From positions 1,488,001-1,552,000 of the forward strand of contig JAYWIR010000023.1 of NCBI GenBank assembly GCA_036172245.1: a stretch of 64,000 bases of DNA. Direction: 5' to 3'. Under the pieces are notes generated by a model that searched no databases, was not told the origin of the DNA, and saw nothing but the letters and a program-made list of their open reading frames with translations. This document shows, in pieces, positions 1 to 12,099 of the stretch (its first letter is position 1; every line of letters starts with the position of its first letter). Both the position numbers and the translations under genes were made by a program. The DNA is from Raillietiella orientalis. Taxonomy: Eukaryota.

Positions 1-520
1 CTATAAAGTTCTCGTGCACTGCGTTGCACAATCGAGCTTGAAATGGAACGTCTCGCTAACGGAAACGAGTCGCAAGGAAGATGCAGGCCGGGATGCTTTT
101 TCCAAAGGAATCCCAGATCTGTCTTTGTTCTTCCAAGTGTGTCCAGTTTATTCATCCTGCGCTTAAGTGGAGTAATATCCGGGAGCTGACGGGGAGGAGG
201 CCAACTCCCTTTGTGCAGGTGGAAGAACGCGGGCTGCAGAGCGAGCATGTCGTCACACGACTGTGACCACAGGAAATTGCTGGAGAAGGCGCCGGTTCTT
301 TATCTCCGCCGCCGAAGCCGGAATGCAGGAGCAGCAGCTACGTGCGCGGCGCGAAGGTAGCGAGCGCGGCGTGCATGCGTGCGAGTTCCTTGAACTGCAC
401 AGACACTCGCGTCCCCGAATCAGTTCGCCTGGCACTTTGGTCGGCTGCAGATCGGATGCGCGAGCCACATCTCCCCTCTGATCTCCTGTCCCTTCCCCCT
501 CCCCCCGTCAGCCCCTCGAT
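1..520 (+). mobile_element. family A-related C-terminal remnant
   Basis: Frameshifted QFIHPALKWSNIR, LCR..SEHVV, HDCD..CWRR resemble the zinc-knuckle region. A C-rich tract follows. Confidence 0.4.
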
Positions 521-1515
521 CTACGGCAGCAGGGCGCAAGGTCCGTCAAACAGCATCCACACAAACCGTCTCCACGGAGACGGGGACCCGCAGCATGAGA
601 GGAAATTGGGGGAGGCTGCTTAGGTAGCCGCGGTGACGGAGGAAAAACCTCCTCTCCTGTCCTAGGTTCAGGGGAGCAGCGTGCCGGGATTGAGTGGAGA
701 GACAAAGAGAGGGGAAAGAAAAGAAAAAAAAAAAAGGAAAAGTTTTGTAGTCAGGGAGAAACTGGTTAATAAAAATATGCTGGTTCTTTAGAGACGAAAG
801 ATAAGGATCGCTCTTTCCTCGAGAATCGTAATCTGGACATCAAAGCAGCTGCGGATGCTGCTTTCAGATTTTCCATCACGTGGGATGTTTCTGATTGAAA
901 GGCTTGTTGGCAAGTGACTCGCGAAAGCTGATACTGGGCGAAGCAGACCAAAGTGGCGGTGATTCAGTGGCTTCGTGGAAACGTTCCGTTCGGCCATGTC
1001 CGTTTCCCCAAGTCCTTCCGTATCCGTCGGATTCGCTGAACTCCTGTTCCGTCCCGGTTTCCATTTTCTCATCTCCTTATTTAGGAAACTGCGCCTCCGT
1101 TGCATCTGTGGCGCTCCCCACGTGAACTTGCTTCGGGCGACTCTTTCCCCGTTCTTCCTCCCGCAATGCCGTGCAGTTTCACCCTGATTTACATCTGGGG
1201 AAAACGTCCCTCTCCGTGACTTTCACCGTCTGCAGGGACCTCGTTCCTCCCGCGCTGCACCGGGAACCGCACTCGTCTCCGGGCCACCTGCACCTTCGTA
1301 ACCTGCGTTCCGTTGGGAGGTGCGTAGGGGACGGGTGGGTTTGGGACTCTGGTTGTGTCCACCCGGTGAACTCCCTCACGGGTCAGGCATTTGCGAGCCC
1401 GAGTGCATTTGCAGCCGCAGAGAAAACGAGATCGCAGCACACAAAGCGTTGCGAGTTGCCATCCCTCTTTACGAGCACTCGGCAACTCGTGGAACCAAGG
1501 TGAACCGTTTTTCCG

Positions 1516-1534
1516 AGCAGCAGCAGCAGCAGCA
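1516..1534. repeat. (CAG)n microsatellite
   Basis: About 6 CAG units. A second similar tract lies at about 3774-3792. Confidence 0.85.
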
Positions 1535-4500
1535 GTGGCTTCAGAGCATGAACGCTTCCTGCTTTCCTCTTTTTTTCTTCCTCTTCTTCTTTTTTCTTTT
1601 TTATACCCAAGTGGAGTCCAGGTTTGCAGTTCAGAGATCATTTCACGAGAAGTTTATGAAAGGAACGCTGGCAGACATGTGAGGATTTATGCAATGGTAC
1701 GTGCTACTTGGCATCCATGTTCTTCCCGTCAAATCGAGCAGTCCCGCTTGCGCAAAAGTAAAGTTCGCAATCTCGGAGCATTTGCATAATCATCGTTAAG
1801 AATCGTTTCCGCAAATCTTGGTTTGCTCGAATGACACGTAGGCGTCATGCAATTTTCACAAAAGGCAGGAATGAATGGACAGGACCCACATTTGTTAAAG
1901 AATACAGCGAAAAATTAGATTAACACCGAGTGTAAACCGAGAAAGCGACGAGTCTGGTAAGAAGAAGAAGAAGCAGAGCAAACGTTTCGGATTACGAGAG
2001 GAAAGTAAAATAAGTTGAGCTTGAAAGGAAAATGAGCGTTCTGGCTGGAACGTTCCGATTTCCTATAGAAAAATTCATGTTCCCTTTTTTTTTCTCCTTT
2101 TTTTTATTGATTCTGGCTCCCGGTTTTGATTCACGGTTGCATAATTTCATCGTTCCGAATTGCTTCTTCATGAGACGCTTAGCAGATGTTTCGTTGGATG
2201 TGAAAAATCCCATGTACCATTATGAAAGCTTTGGAGCTGGAAAAAAAAAAAAAAAAATTCTCTTTTTATTGTGCATTTTTACTTATGATTTCTTTTTCTT
2301 TTACTGCTTTCCACATTCCTTGTGATTTCAATAAGCCCTACAGTGATTTTGGCGGCCACTTGACTTTATTTTTTAGCTACTGACACTGCCGTGCCAGAAA
2401 AACGGTACACCGGCTGTTTTGCGGAATTAGCGATGTTTGCGGTGGAGGAGTGTGTTCTCTCTCCTGTTTTTCAATGCAGTGCACGTTGTGTGCTGTGTAG
2501 CCGTTGCGCTCCGGTGTCTGATTTCAGTCCATGTAGTAATGGTTCCAGAATGAACCAGGAGAATCTTGAGCGTTTTCCCAATGCTCCTCTCTTTCGATGC
2601 CACACCAATAGGGCCCAGCTAGAGGAATGCCGGCAGCCATCGCCGCCGTCGCTGCAGCAGCGCACGCTTGCGGAACTTTTGATTTCCCGCAGCTTCCAAG
2701 CAACTTTTAATGACTTGTTGTTGTCGAAAACAAGCCTTCCTAGCACTTGGGGAAGAGGACCACGGATTTTCAGGAGCAGGAACAGGAACTCGGATTATTT
2801 TAGCCGTTGCCTCTTGAGAATCCCAAGTGCAGAATCTTCAAGGAAGGATGTAGCACGCGGCGGAGCGAAAGATCCGCTTCCACACCGCAACCTGCCAAGA
2901 TGCTGTGCAATGAGCTCTGAACTTTTATGTATTTGGATCACTTGCAGACCCAGCCAGTCTCAGGAAACGTAAATATCAAGTTCAGTGTGACCAGAACGGA
3001 TACCGGAATCAGCTTGGGAATTTCGAACAGGAGTGAGACTGGTGTCAGGAATAAATGCATACGCTGAGCAGGAGCGATTTGTTGAGGGTGTTTGGAGAGG
3101 ATTCCCCAGCTCATCCCTGTGCGATGGCCGGGTGTAGGGAGAAAAAGTCATGTGATGCTCTGCAATTTTGCAATCGCAGATCTGGCAATGATACATTTTT
3201 AAAACACTCGAGAGCGGAAATTGTTGGTTACCAGTTCATTGTGCTTAAATCATGTGAAGAAGGTTGCTTCATGTGAAGGATGCTTTACAGGTTGGGCAGG
3301 TATCCTACCTAGAACTCGCTGATCGAAACTGTTGGTTTGCGAGTAACAGCACGGGCTCCTGTCTCAGGGAAACTGCATGTACATGGGAATGAGATAAACC
3401 AAAGACGGCGACCAGCAAAAAGCCTTTAAGTGGAAGGTCTGGTCCAGCCGTATCAACATCGCGGGCGAATTACCAGACATGGAAAAAGTGAACGTATACA
3501 AAATAATAAAAATCATCTTGGATTAGATTAAGAAAGAATGGGTACGCCCACAGTACAGGAAAAAAGAGATTGTGATAAATGCGATTCCATATGGAATTCC
3601 ATATGGGAACTTTGGCGCGGATTCTTTCTTGCTCTCACACAGGGAAGAAAAAAAAAATGTATAATAAAACACTTCTTCAAAACATGGAATTTGTCTCCAG
3701 GAACGAATACAGCTAGTAGTTTCCAAGCCATAGATAGGTCAGCCCCCCTAAAATACAAATCCAAGCCACGGGTCAGCAGCAGCAGCAGCAGCATGTGGTG
3801 GTGAGCCAAGTAGCCAACCGGAGAAGCAGTTGTGAACCTCGGGGTGTGACATTACAAGACCGAATCCGTCGAAATGGAAATCTGAAAACGGATGGGATGC
3901 TGATTCAAGTAATCTTGCAATGTGAAATGTAGCCCGATTCGATAAGCTTGAGAGCAAATCAATTTTTGTTGAAAGGGATCAGAAAACTCATTAATGGAGG
4001 AACTTTAATCGTTTCGTTTAGGACAGTTTATGACTCTTTGTCCCTTTATGACATTTTGGAAGCTGAAGGTCTTCATAAAGGGATCTAATTACTGAAGTTG
4101 GGCATTTACATTCTAACATTCAAATCTATTTTTGTTTCGTTCTTAATCGCGATTTCGGGACTTTGTGGAAGAGCTCCGTACCTGCGAGGTCCCGGCCACG
4201 GGATCACCTGGTGCGCGTGGGTGAAGCAAACCCTGCTCGGGGCTTGAACGAACGAGTCCCACACCCCACGAGGCATAATTTCAGTTGAAAGCGGAATCTC
4301 AATACGTGGAGAAGATTACGTGGATGTTTGCTTTTAGAAGTGTTGGGTGGCGACGGTGCTCCTCGATGAGTAAGTGCCAGGGACTCGGATGGCTTTGCAC
4401 ACAACAGACAGTTTCACAAACGAAGCAAACAGCGAAAGCGTTTTCCGTGAGTCAAAACTGCTTCTGGGAGGTTGCGACAAAGATCTCGACCTATTGACAG

Positions 4501-4539
4501 TGGTCAGATAAGTTTTAGGTATTTCTCTTTTTTTGGAAA

Positions 4540-4810
4540 TGAGGTGACTTGATTCGTGATTCCCCCGCGCGATTGGGAAACTTCTCACTATCCCCCCACG
4601 CTGACAGGACCTATCGTGGCACCACACGTTCATTCTTTCCTGCGGTATCTTCGCGAACGTTCCTTCGCAGGCAATCTCACCGTCCTGCTGTGGTGAGCTC
4701 GGGGCAGCAGTCGGCTCAAAAACAAAATGGCGACAGAAGTCGAGGCTCTTGAAGGATGGATCTGAAGGAATCAGAATCGGGTGGATTCGATTTACATATG
4801 GCAAAGTGTC
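4540..4810 (-). mobile_element. RT remnant upstream of the identified Met exons
   Basis: LIPSDPSFKSLDFCRHFVF..GGIVRSFPIARGNH resembles LD..KAFD.V.H.FL and NG..S..FPI.RGVRQG. Confidence 0.45.
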
Positions 4811-5510
4811 TGCGGTAAATAGAACATGGGGAAGGCATGAATCCGAGAAGCTCTAAAAGTCTTGAAAGTGTTTTTACTGCTACGGTGATATTTTTTTTTT
4901 TTTTTTTACCAAAAAATCATATCCGTTCTGAATGAGGAAGACTTATTCCAGCGAAATCGTAATAAGAGAGTACTCGAAACTCGAATTCACGTTCAGAACA
5001 GGCATTTTGTACGTCCATGTCTTTTTATGTCGTTTCATAGAATCGGCACAAAAGATTTCCTAATCAGTCAATCAGGATGATGGGAGACCTTTTGTCATGA
5101 AAGGGAAATACGTGGGTGGGAGTCGTTTTTTGGTCTTTTTGCTTGGTCTGCCGTCGATTAGCAAATATCCAACTGAATGCGTCGTTGTCGCTTCCTTTTT
5201 ATTTAAATGGATAAATCGTGTCCCGTCTCGTAAGCAATAAAATATAGAAATAGAAACAAATTCGAAACCTTAACTATCACATGCAGCCAAAGGCTCCCAT
5301 ATAAAAACATCGTTCAAGATAATGTGTTCTAATTTATGACACTGTAACTGAGGAAGTGATCCTTGTAGCCGTAGAATACATAAAGTGAGACACTACTCTT
5401 CCAGAATCTACTCATAAATAAGTTTTAAAAGGAAATGATTTGAAGCAGGCCTGATGAGCATTAAACTTTGATACAGTATGATGCGCCCATTCTTTTGTAT
5501 CCTATCTTAG

Positions 5511-5742
5511 GGAACTTTATTCGAAAATTATTGGGTACAAGGAGAACTTCAGGAAAGCACTTTCTCGCAATCTCTCTCTTTGCTCTCGGGTCCAAGGCGA
5601 ATTATCTTCCCCACCTTTAAGAAGACTTTAAGGAGTTACGCTAGAAACTTGCGTGTGACCTATGATGAAGGCCCGAATTTTGATTTTGCAGCGGACTCTC
5701 TACTTTGCGACGTGAAAATCGGGAATTCAATTCCCATAGCAT
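5511..5742 (+). CDS. candidate additional Met exon (possible PAS-A C-terminal part)
   Basis: Strong acceptor ttcttttgtatcctatcttag, an open frame 5511-5783, and a weak PAS-A-like segment GPRRIIFPTFKKTLRSYARNLRVTY. Possible donor T|GTAACC is phase-compatible with the 5955 acceptor. Confidence 0.25.
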
Positions 5743-5936
5743 GTAACCAGCATTCGAACAAACAGGCCATAAAACATGAATAAATTGTGTTGTCACTAAA
5801 GATGATGAACTAGAATTGCAGCTCAGTAATATCTAAGATAGAAATTTATGCCTTCCATTTATTTTATGGTCAAATGGGCCATAAAATAAATTGAAGTTTC
5901 TGTTTTTGGAAAATGTTCAACTCAGTTTGTCTGTAG

Positions 5937-6111
5937 AAGTTGTGCCATATTCAGGTAAAAACCATCGAAACATTCACAATTATCTGCTGAGGTGTATTGT
6001 AACTCCAGTAGAAGAAACTCCTCTAACTTACATCCCTCTCCTGTATGCTGACAAAGAAGAATACTTAAGCAGGCATGCTCTTGACGGGAAAATAATCGAA
6101 GTTGATCACAG
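5937..6111 (+). CDS. Met: Met-like bHLH-PAS gene, internal exon (linker and start of PAS-B)
   Basis: Translates ...NYLLRCIVTPVEETPLTYIPLLYADKEEYLSRHALDGKIIEVDH(R), matching Met EEYVTRHLIDGRII.. It ends at a canonical donor CACAG|GTGAGT (phase 2). The acceptor is ctgtag (5936) or alternatively ttcag (5954). Confidence 0.85.
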
Positions 6112-9100
6112 GTGAGTTGATTTGAATGCGTTCCTCGTGACAAAAGACCTGGTACTTCTGAAGGGAAGGTCCGAGACTTTTCTGACCTCACTCTGAGGTC
6201 TGAGGTCTGACCTCAGTGATTCGAAAGAAAGACCAAATGAAAATATCGAAGCCAAAGACGATGCGTCTTGGCGTGGACGTTCTTCTCCTTAACGTATCTT
6301 CTAAAAACTCACTTTGATAAAGGCGCTTTTCGCTTTTTGGTTTGAGGAGGGAATGCACCTTTCATTTCTTGAGGATGATCGGAGGAACGGTGTATGAATA
6401 AGTGCTCATCCAGTGGATGGAAAACTTCCGAAATGGATTAATCAAGTAGTCATGCGATAGATGCATCGCGTTTTTATCTCACTATTTTTTTGAAGTAACG
6501 AAAGCATTTTCTAATCCTTATGATTTATTTCTTGTAATTCAGCAGACACCGAAATTTGCATAAACTGTGTTGGAAGATCAGATAAACTAAACAGAGGAAA
6601 AAGAATGATTTTTGCAAACGTTCTTGATTTATAAGTAAGTTTATCATGAGGAGTAATTTGAATAAAATTGATTGAGTTTTTTTTTTTTTTTCTCCTCCCT
6701 CGATGGGGATGCTTTATCATTCTGAAGGCAAAGTCATTTTCCTATTTTTTGTTTATGTCTTTGTGTTGAAACCCATCAAGTGGATCCGATTATGTACATC
6801 CTCCAATCTTGGAGTACAGGCAGTCCACTTTCTTTCTGTGATCGGAAGAGTTGTCTTCTGCCTCCCTCACATTCAGCTGATCCCTAAGAGCTTCTTGGAA
6901 CCCATGCGCGCTTCACACTATCTTTGCGTCTGATGACGGCCAGCAGCCACTCCGAACCATCCCCACGCGTTTCAGAATTCCGTTTTAAATTATCCAAAGT
7001 CCACCTTGTGGGCTTGGAAGGAGCAGCTTTCCAGCGCAGGCTGAGTTCGCTCATTAATTAGAGCCCACATTCTGCTTTTGATGACAAGGTGCAAATTGCA
7101 TGCATGTACACATGAGGGGCGACTTGAAGGCCCAGACGCAAGGATCTGAGAAACACGCGACCTCTCATCTGAATGCGGATTACCCTGAAGGATGTCCAAG
7201 ACAGTTGGGAAAATAGTTAGGATCGGCAGGAGCGATTGCGGAAGGATTCGCGGATTCCGGGAGTAAACCTAAGCGCCTCCTCCGGTTCACAACTGGATGG
7301 AAGTTTCTTATCACATTTGTGAAATTGCGAGGACGCTTTTGTAATTGTGGAGACAGCATCCCAGCTGGTGAAGTGTTTCTCTAATCTACCGATTTCGATA
7401 GCAAATAAGTAGGAGAGAGTGGTGAGACCCCCGGGTAATGATTAGTGTAATGATGCATCGAAAAATTGAATTCATGTGCTGTTTTTTTCTTCTTTTTTTT
7501 TCTTTTTTTTGTTTCCTCAAAGTAACTGGAAGTAACTAGCGACAGCACTAGCTGTCTGTGTGCTCGTTGCCAAAGTAGCTCACCATAAATAAAAACATGC
7601 CTACCGGAGTATTTTAGTAACTCATTTTGAAGAAATAGACATAAAGAATAGTTGTAGACACGAGGATTTCATCGTGAATTAACAAGAGTTCTTCTCTGAA
7701 GTTCTAAGAATAAATCGTAACCGTTTCTGTTGCATGAAACAGCCGCAGCGATCAAGCTTGAGAAATTTCGATCTATAAATTCTTCCGTTTTTTTTTTTTT
7801 GTTTTTTTTTTTTTTTTCCTTCTTTCTTCCAGAGCTGACTGCTTACCACTTCTGGAGAAACAATACCTCGCTAGAAACACACGTTTTTCCTTCCTGGGGA
7901 TTCCTCCGTTTCAGTTTCCCAGAGTTTATTGCATCAGGAACAATTCAGTATCTGTGCTTCCGAGTTGACTTACTTCTGCATTCCAGGAATTCACATTCCT
8001 CCGTCCACTTAAAGCGTCTTTGCACAGATCCTTTCGCACGGGAGACCGCGTTCTTCCTACGGTAGTTTGTTGCGGGTTGCAGATTGCTCCTGGCACTTTC
8101 CTGTCGCAGGTTTCGATCCGCATGTCGTAGACGTTTGCAGGTTCGTTCTGGCTGCTTGCAGAGATAATGCATCCCCATCTTGATTGCGCTTACTGATCTC
8201 ACGGGGGGTTCCGGTATCATTTGCAATATGAAGCAGATGATCACAAAGTTCCCGTCTGAGAGGAACTTCGTTGACAGATGGAAACTTACAAGGTAGACGT
8301 AAAATTTGTATTGGAGCTCGTGGAAAGGGATGCTGTCAGAAGCCCGCTCATCTGCAGGATGTAATGCAGATCGAAATGATGTACCAAGGCAAAAGAACAA
8401 GGCGGGAAGCGTGGTCGACCGTGTTTTCCGTCCTTTGGACCGCATCGCTTTGAGCTCAAACTAAAATCGTTTGCAGAAAGGTTGGGGAAATTATTGCAAC
8501 ACAATTGCCTGAGGACCAGTGTTTTCATTTTTTTTTTTTTTTTTGGCTTTTTTTTTTCATCTTCTTTTATGCTTATTTGTACTCGCCAGCGTACGGATGC
8601 ACACATCTTTCGTGTCTTTTCCTAATCTATTTCTACGATTTCCTGGGCGGATGGCATTCCTCCGGCTCGGTTTTACCTCCGCTAAAGTGCAAGATAAATG
8701 AATGGTCGGTTTCGTGTAAAAAAAAAAAAAAAAATGAAATCTCCTCCTCCTGAACTGTTCCCTCTTTTTCGCGGCTCCCTACTTTTTTGACTTCTAAGCT
8801 AGATTCCAGTGTCCAGGTGCTTCCTAGACAAGTGTAAAGTGAGCGATTCCTCGACGCTCCATTTCAGAGCGGCATGTCACTAAGCTAAGTATTTAGACAT
8901 TTGACTGATGGCAATTAAGGACGATGCTAAAATTCTATTCCGTTTTGCCATCTGGAAACATGGAATCATCAGTGGGCACACCTATGTGTTCATTGCGTGC
9001 GGATGATCGTCACCGCACTGGAGACAAAACCAAGTTTCAATGGAAAGATTTGGGGAACATCGTACACATCAGTGTTTTAGAATGCAAATAACCGGATGCA

Positions 9101-9428
9101 GGCACTCACTCACCGTGCGCGTACCAACGCGCACTCCTGTTTGCAGCGTGTTAACAAATCTTTGTGAGCATCCAAACGGTCACTTTGTTTTCTGCGCCCA
9201 GATACACGAGATTCATCCAGATAAAATGACCTTGAACGTGCAAAAATGCCCTCGTAAAGTGTACCTGGTCACGAATGTGGAGAGTGCATAGCCTAGATGT
9301 TTTGGCAGGTTGTGTGTACACTACACGCATTGATGTACATCCATTCCTCATCCGATGCTCCCAATTAATTGCGCTGTTGAATATCCTGACGACTGACGTC
9401 AGTCTGAATGCGAGCTGCTGTGTTTCAG

Positions 9429-9535
9429 GATATCTGTTGTGGCTGGGTACCTGGCAACCGAGGTGGTGGGCAAAAATGCTCTCGATTTCATCTCCGCAGC
9501 TGACCGAGACTGGACAGAGTTCTTCATGCGTCTAA
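9429..9535 (+). CDS. Met: Met-like gene, PAS-B core exon
   Basis: Acceptor tgtttcag|G completes the phase-2 Arg codon. Translates ISVVAGYLATEVVGKNALDFISAADRDWTEFFMRL, matching Met ISVVAGY..EEV.G..AF.FMH.DD..W. Donor A|GTACGA at 9536. Confidence 0.9.
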
Positions 9536-9583
9536 GTACGAAGCAAACGATTGATATTTCTTTGTAAGGGTACGTGTTTCCAG

Positions 9584-10113
9584 TGATTCAGTACCAGCTT
9601 ACTGAGGCGCACACGACATATCACCTAGTCAGCCGTTCCAATACGATAATTAGCTTACATTCCAGAGGTTTTATGGAATTTAATGGTCCGGGAGGACGAA
9701 TCACAGGATTTTTGTGTATTAACAAGCTTATTCTTGAGGAGGAAGCTGAAAACGAGATCAAGAAACAGCGTCAGCGCTCCAGCGAAGCCAAATCACCTTT
9801 TTCTGCTTTGCTGGCTTTGGTTCCTGAAGATAAAAGTATTGCTGATGCTCTCTGCGGCCTGCCGCTGGAGAATAGGAGTATCGTTCCGCCGCTCAACATG
9901 TACGAGATCATCAAGAACGGTTTCGAAGGAGAGACACGTCTCCATTCTCCAAGATCAGCCATCCACGAAAGCACCCCAAAGTGTCGGCGCTTCAGTTCAC
10001 CGGACAGCGGTTATCGTTCCAGACATTGCAGTGACATCTCTACTTACTCCAGCCAGTCAGATTCCATGGAAACAGAAACGAATGCCGACTCCTATCGGCA
10101 GAAAACCATCTGA
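9584..10113 (+). CDS. Met: Met-like gene, terminal coding exon (PAC and Ser-rich tail)
   Basis: Follows a 48-nt GT..CAG intron. Translates (M)IQYQLTEAHTTYHLVSRSNTIISLHSRGFMEFNGPGGRITGFLCINKLILEEEAENEIKKQRQRS.., matching Met YRL.SR....I.L.T.G.LE.......F.C.N.L..EEEG. Stop TGA at 10111-10113. Confidence 0.88.
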
Positions 10114-10529
10114 GGTGTGTTTCCACCTTGCTCAGAGATGCAGAAATCGCCCTCGTGTCGTTGAGGACACTTTCACGCCAGTGTACATCCAGAGTGTGAC
10201 GTCTAATCAGTCGTTCTCCCAACTTTTAGTTTTTCATAGTCGATTTAACTCCTCTTTTTTTTTTTTTTTTTCCTGAAAAAAAAAAAGAGGTAAAGAGTGT
10301 GGAACAATGCCTGGCTTCTTTTAGTATTGCAGGCTCGCTTGAGTCCAACCGTGACCGAAGGAGAGAGAGAAGCGCAGAACAAGGATTCCTTGGCTCTCGT
10401 CCTCCACGCAGGCTGATTCGCGGACACGTAAAGGAATGGGGGAAAGCTGCAAACGAGTGGTGGCAATGTGTCTCGTGTGGACTCGAAGCACTCGGCGCCA
10501 ACGACGAAAAGGACTGGATGGCCCCCCAG

Positions 10530-10594
10530 ACACACACACACCACACACACACACACACCACACACACACCACACACACACCACACACACACACA

Positions 10595-10625
<31 letters not shown>

Positions 10626-10626
10626 C
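10530..10626. repeat. imperfect (CA)n microsatellite
   Basis: About 97 bp of CA dinucleotides interrupted by single extra C bases, downstream of the Met stop codon. Confidence 0.97.
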
Positions 10627-12099
10627 GTACGCATTCAAACACGCACACGCAAACACTCAAAGTGTAACTGATGAAAGCAGCCCAACATCCATCCGATTCT
10701 TAGCCAAATTCGTGTTGGTTTTTTTTTTTTTACACTGAAGAAGTGCATATCTCTTAAAAAGCATGTGAGGAACACCATGACTTGTAAATACGAAAAAAAT
10801 ATTTTTCTTTGTTCCTCTCCCTTCCCTCCTCTTCTCCCTGAAAAAGAAGAAATAAATTTTATCACTTCATCGTGCATTTCGTGATTTCATCCTAAAGACC
10901 GGTTTGCCTCCCTCTCTTTCCGCTGACGTACTTTTGTGGTTTCTTTGCCCGGCGTGTTTACGAGCTCGGAAGGCGCCGTTTGCGAGGAATCATCATCCTT
11001 TCCCACCGATTTTCCATCGGACTGACACATCCGGAACTACGGACGCAATCTCAGCTAGGTCATCGAGTGCTGCCTTCCTCATTTTGCAACAGCGTGTTGC
11101 CAGCCAGTGCTCCTGAGGATTCGACCTGCCCAAATAACGCACCATTATCTTTTTTCATTCTTCCTTTCCCCTCAGCGAGAGGAAAGACCTCTTGGTCGTT
11201 TCGAAGGAAGAATTTGGGGATATCCCGGCAGCCTCTCGCTCTGCTCATCGGAGCCAGTGCCGAAACAATTCGGAGGAAGCGGCGTCTCGTTTCTTCAGTC
11301 TGCACATCCGCAACAGGCTTTCTCCCAACAGAGCCGCGTGATGTGTACGTCACCCCTACCCTTCCTTGGTCCTGCGTGCGGGTCCAAGGCGGGACCTCAC
11401 TGCACAAGCAGCTCGAGAAACATCTTTGATTAGGTGATCAGCGCGAACGCTTTGATATCCGCTTCGCCCGTGAACCGAGCCCTGCACGTCGAAGTCTTTT
11501 CGATTCGCGCTTGCGGAAGCATCCCATTCTCAGCTTGTCTTGAGCACCGAGCGGCCCCCTTTTCCCTGGAGTTGCTTCAACGGATTTGTTGCTGACCATT
11601 CTGGTAAGATCTCTGGAATCTCAGAATCTCACTTGCGATTCACATCTCGGAAGAGAGTCCCTCCGTTCAGAAATTCCTGCATTCCTTCTCGCTGCTGTAA
11701 ATCAGAAAGGAAATCTTTTGCCCAAGGGCTCTCGCGCCAAGAAGGTCATCGTCAATGAAGAAGAACGGGTCCAGAACATTTGGCGGTCCAGAAAATTGAT
11801 CTGGGATCCTCAGCTTTGAGTTCGATTGAGAGTCTCAACGTCCGATTGACAAGGAACTTGTGGGAGCACCCTGTGTTTCTCTTAGAGCATCTCAGAACAT
11901 AATTCGATCAATGTCGCCTTCCCCTTCCCTCCACCTCTTTTTTTTCCTTTTCTAAGGTTCCTTTAATGATCTCCATGCTTCTGAGATAGCGAGGGCATTT
12001 CTGTCTCGAGCCGGAGTGTCTCAAGTTGGCGTCTAGGCCGGGAAATCTTACGGATCCGAATGGGAGCAGCTCGCAAACAGGGACGGAAGATGAACTTAC

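Noticed and set aside
1110..1125. JH-response E-box (ctccccacgtg) for Met autoregulation
   Set aside because: CACGTG hexamers occur several times in the window at chance-like frequency, and there is no supporting context.
1..5500. bHLH exon of Met
   Set aside because: No AEKxRRDKLN- or DKxSILR-like peptide was found, so the 5' exons probably lie upstream of the window.
10226..10738. Cys/Val- and His/Thr-rich ORFs
   Set aside because: These are translations of the (CA)n microsatellite.
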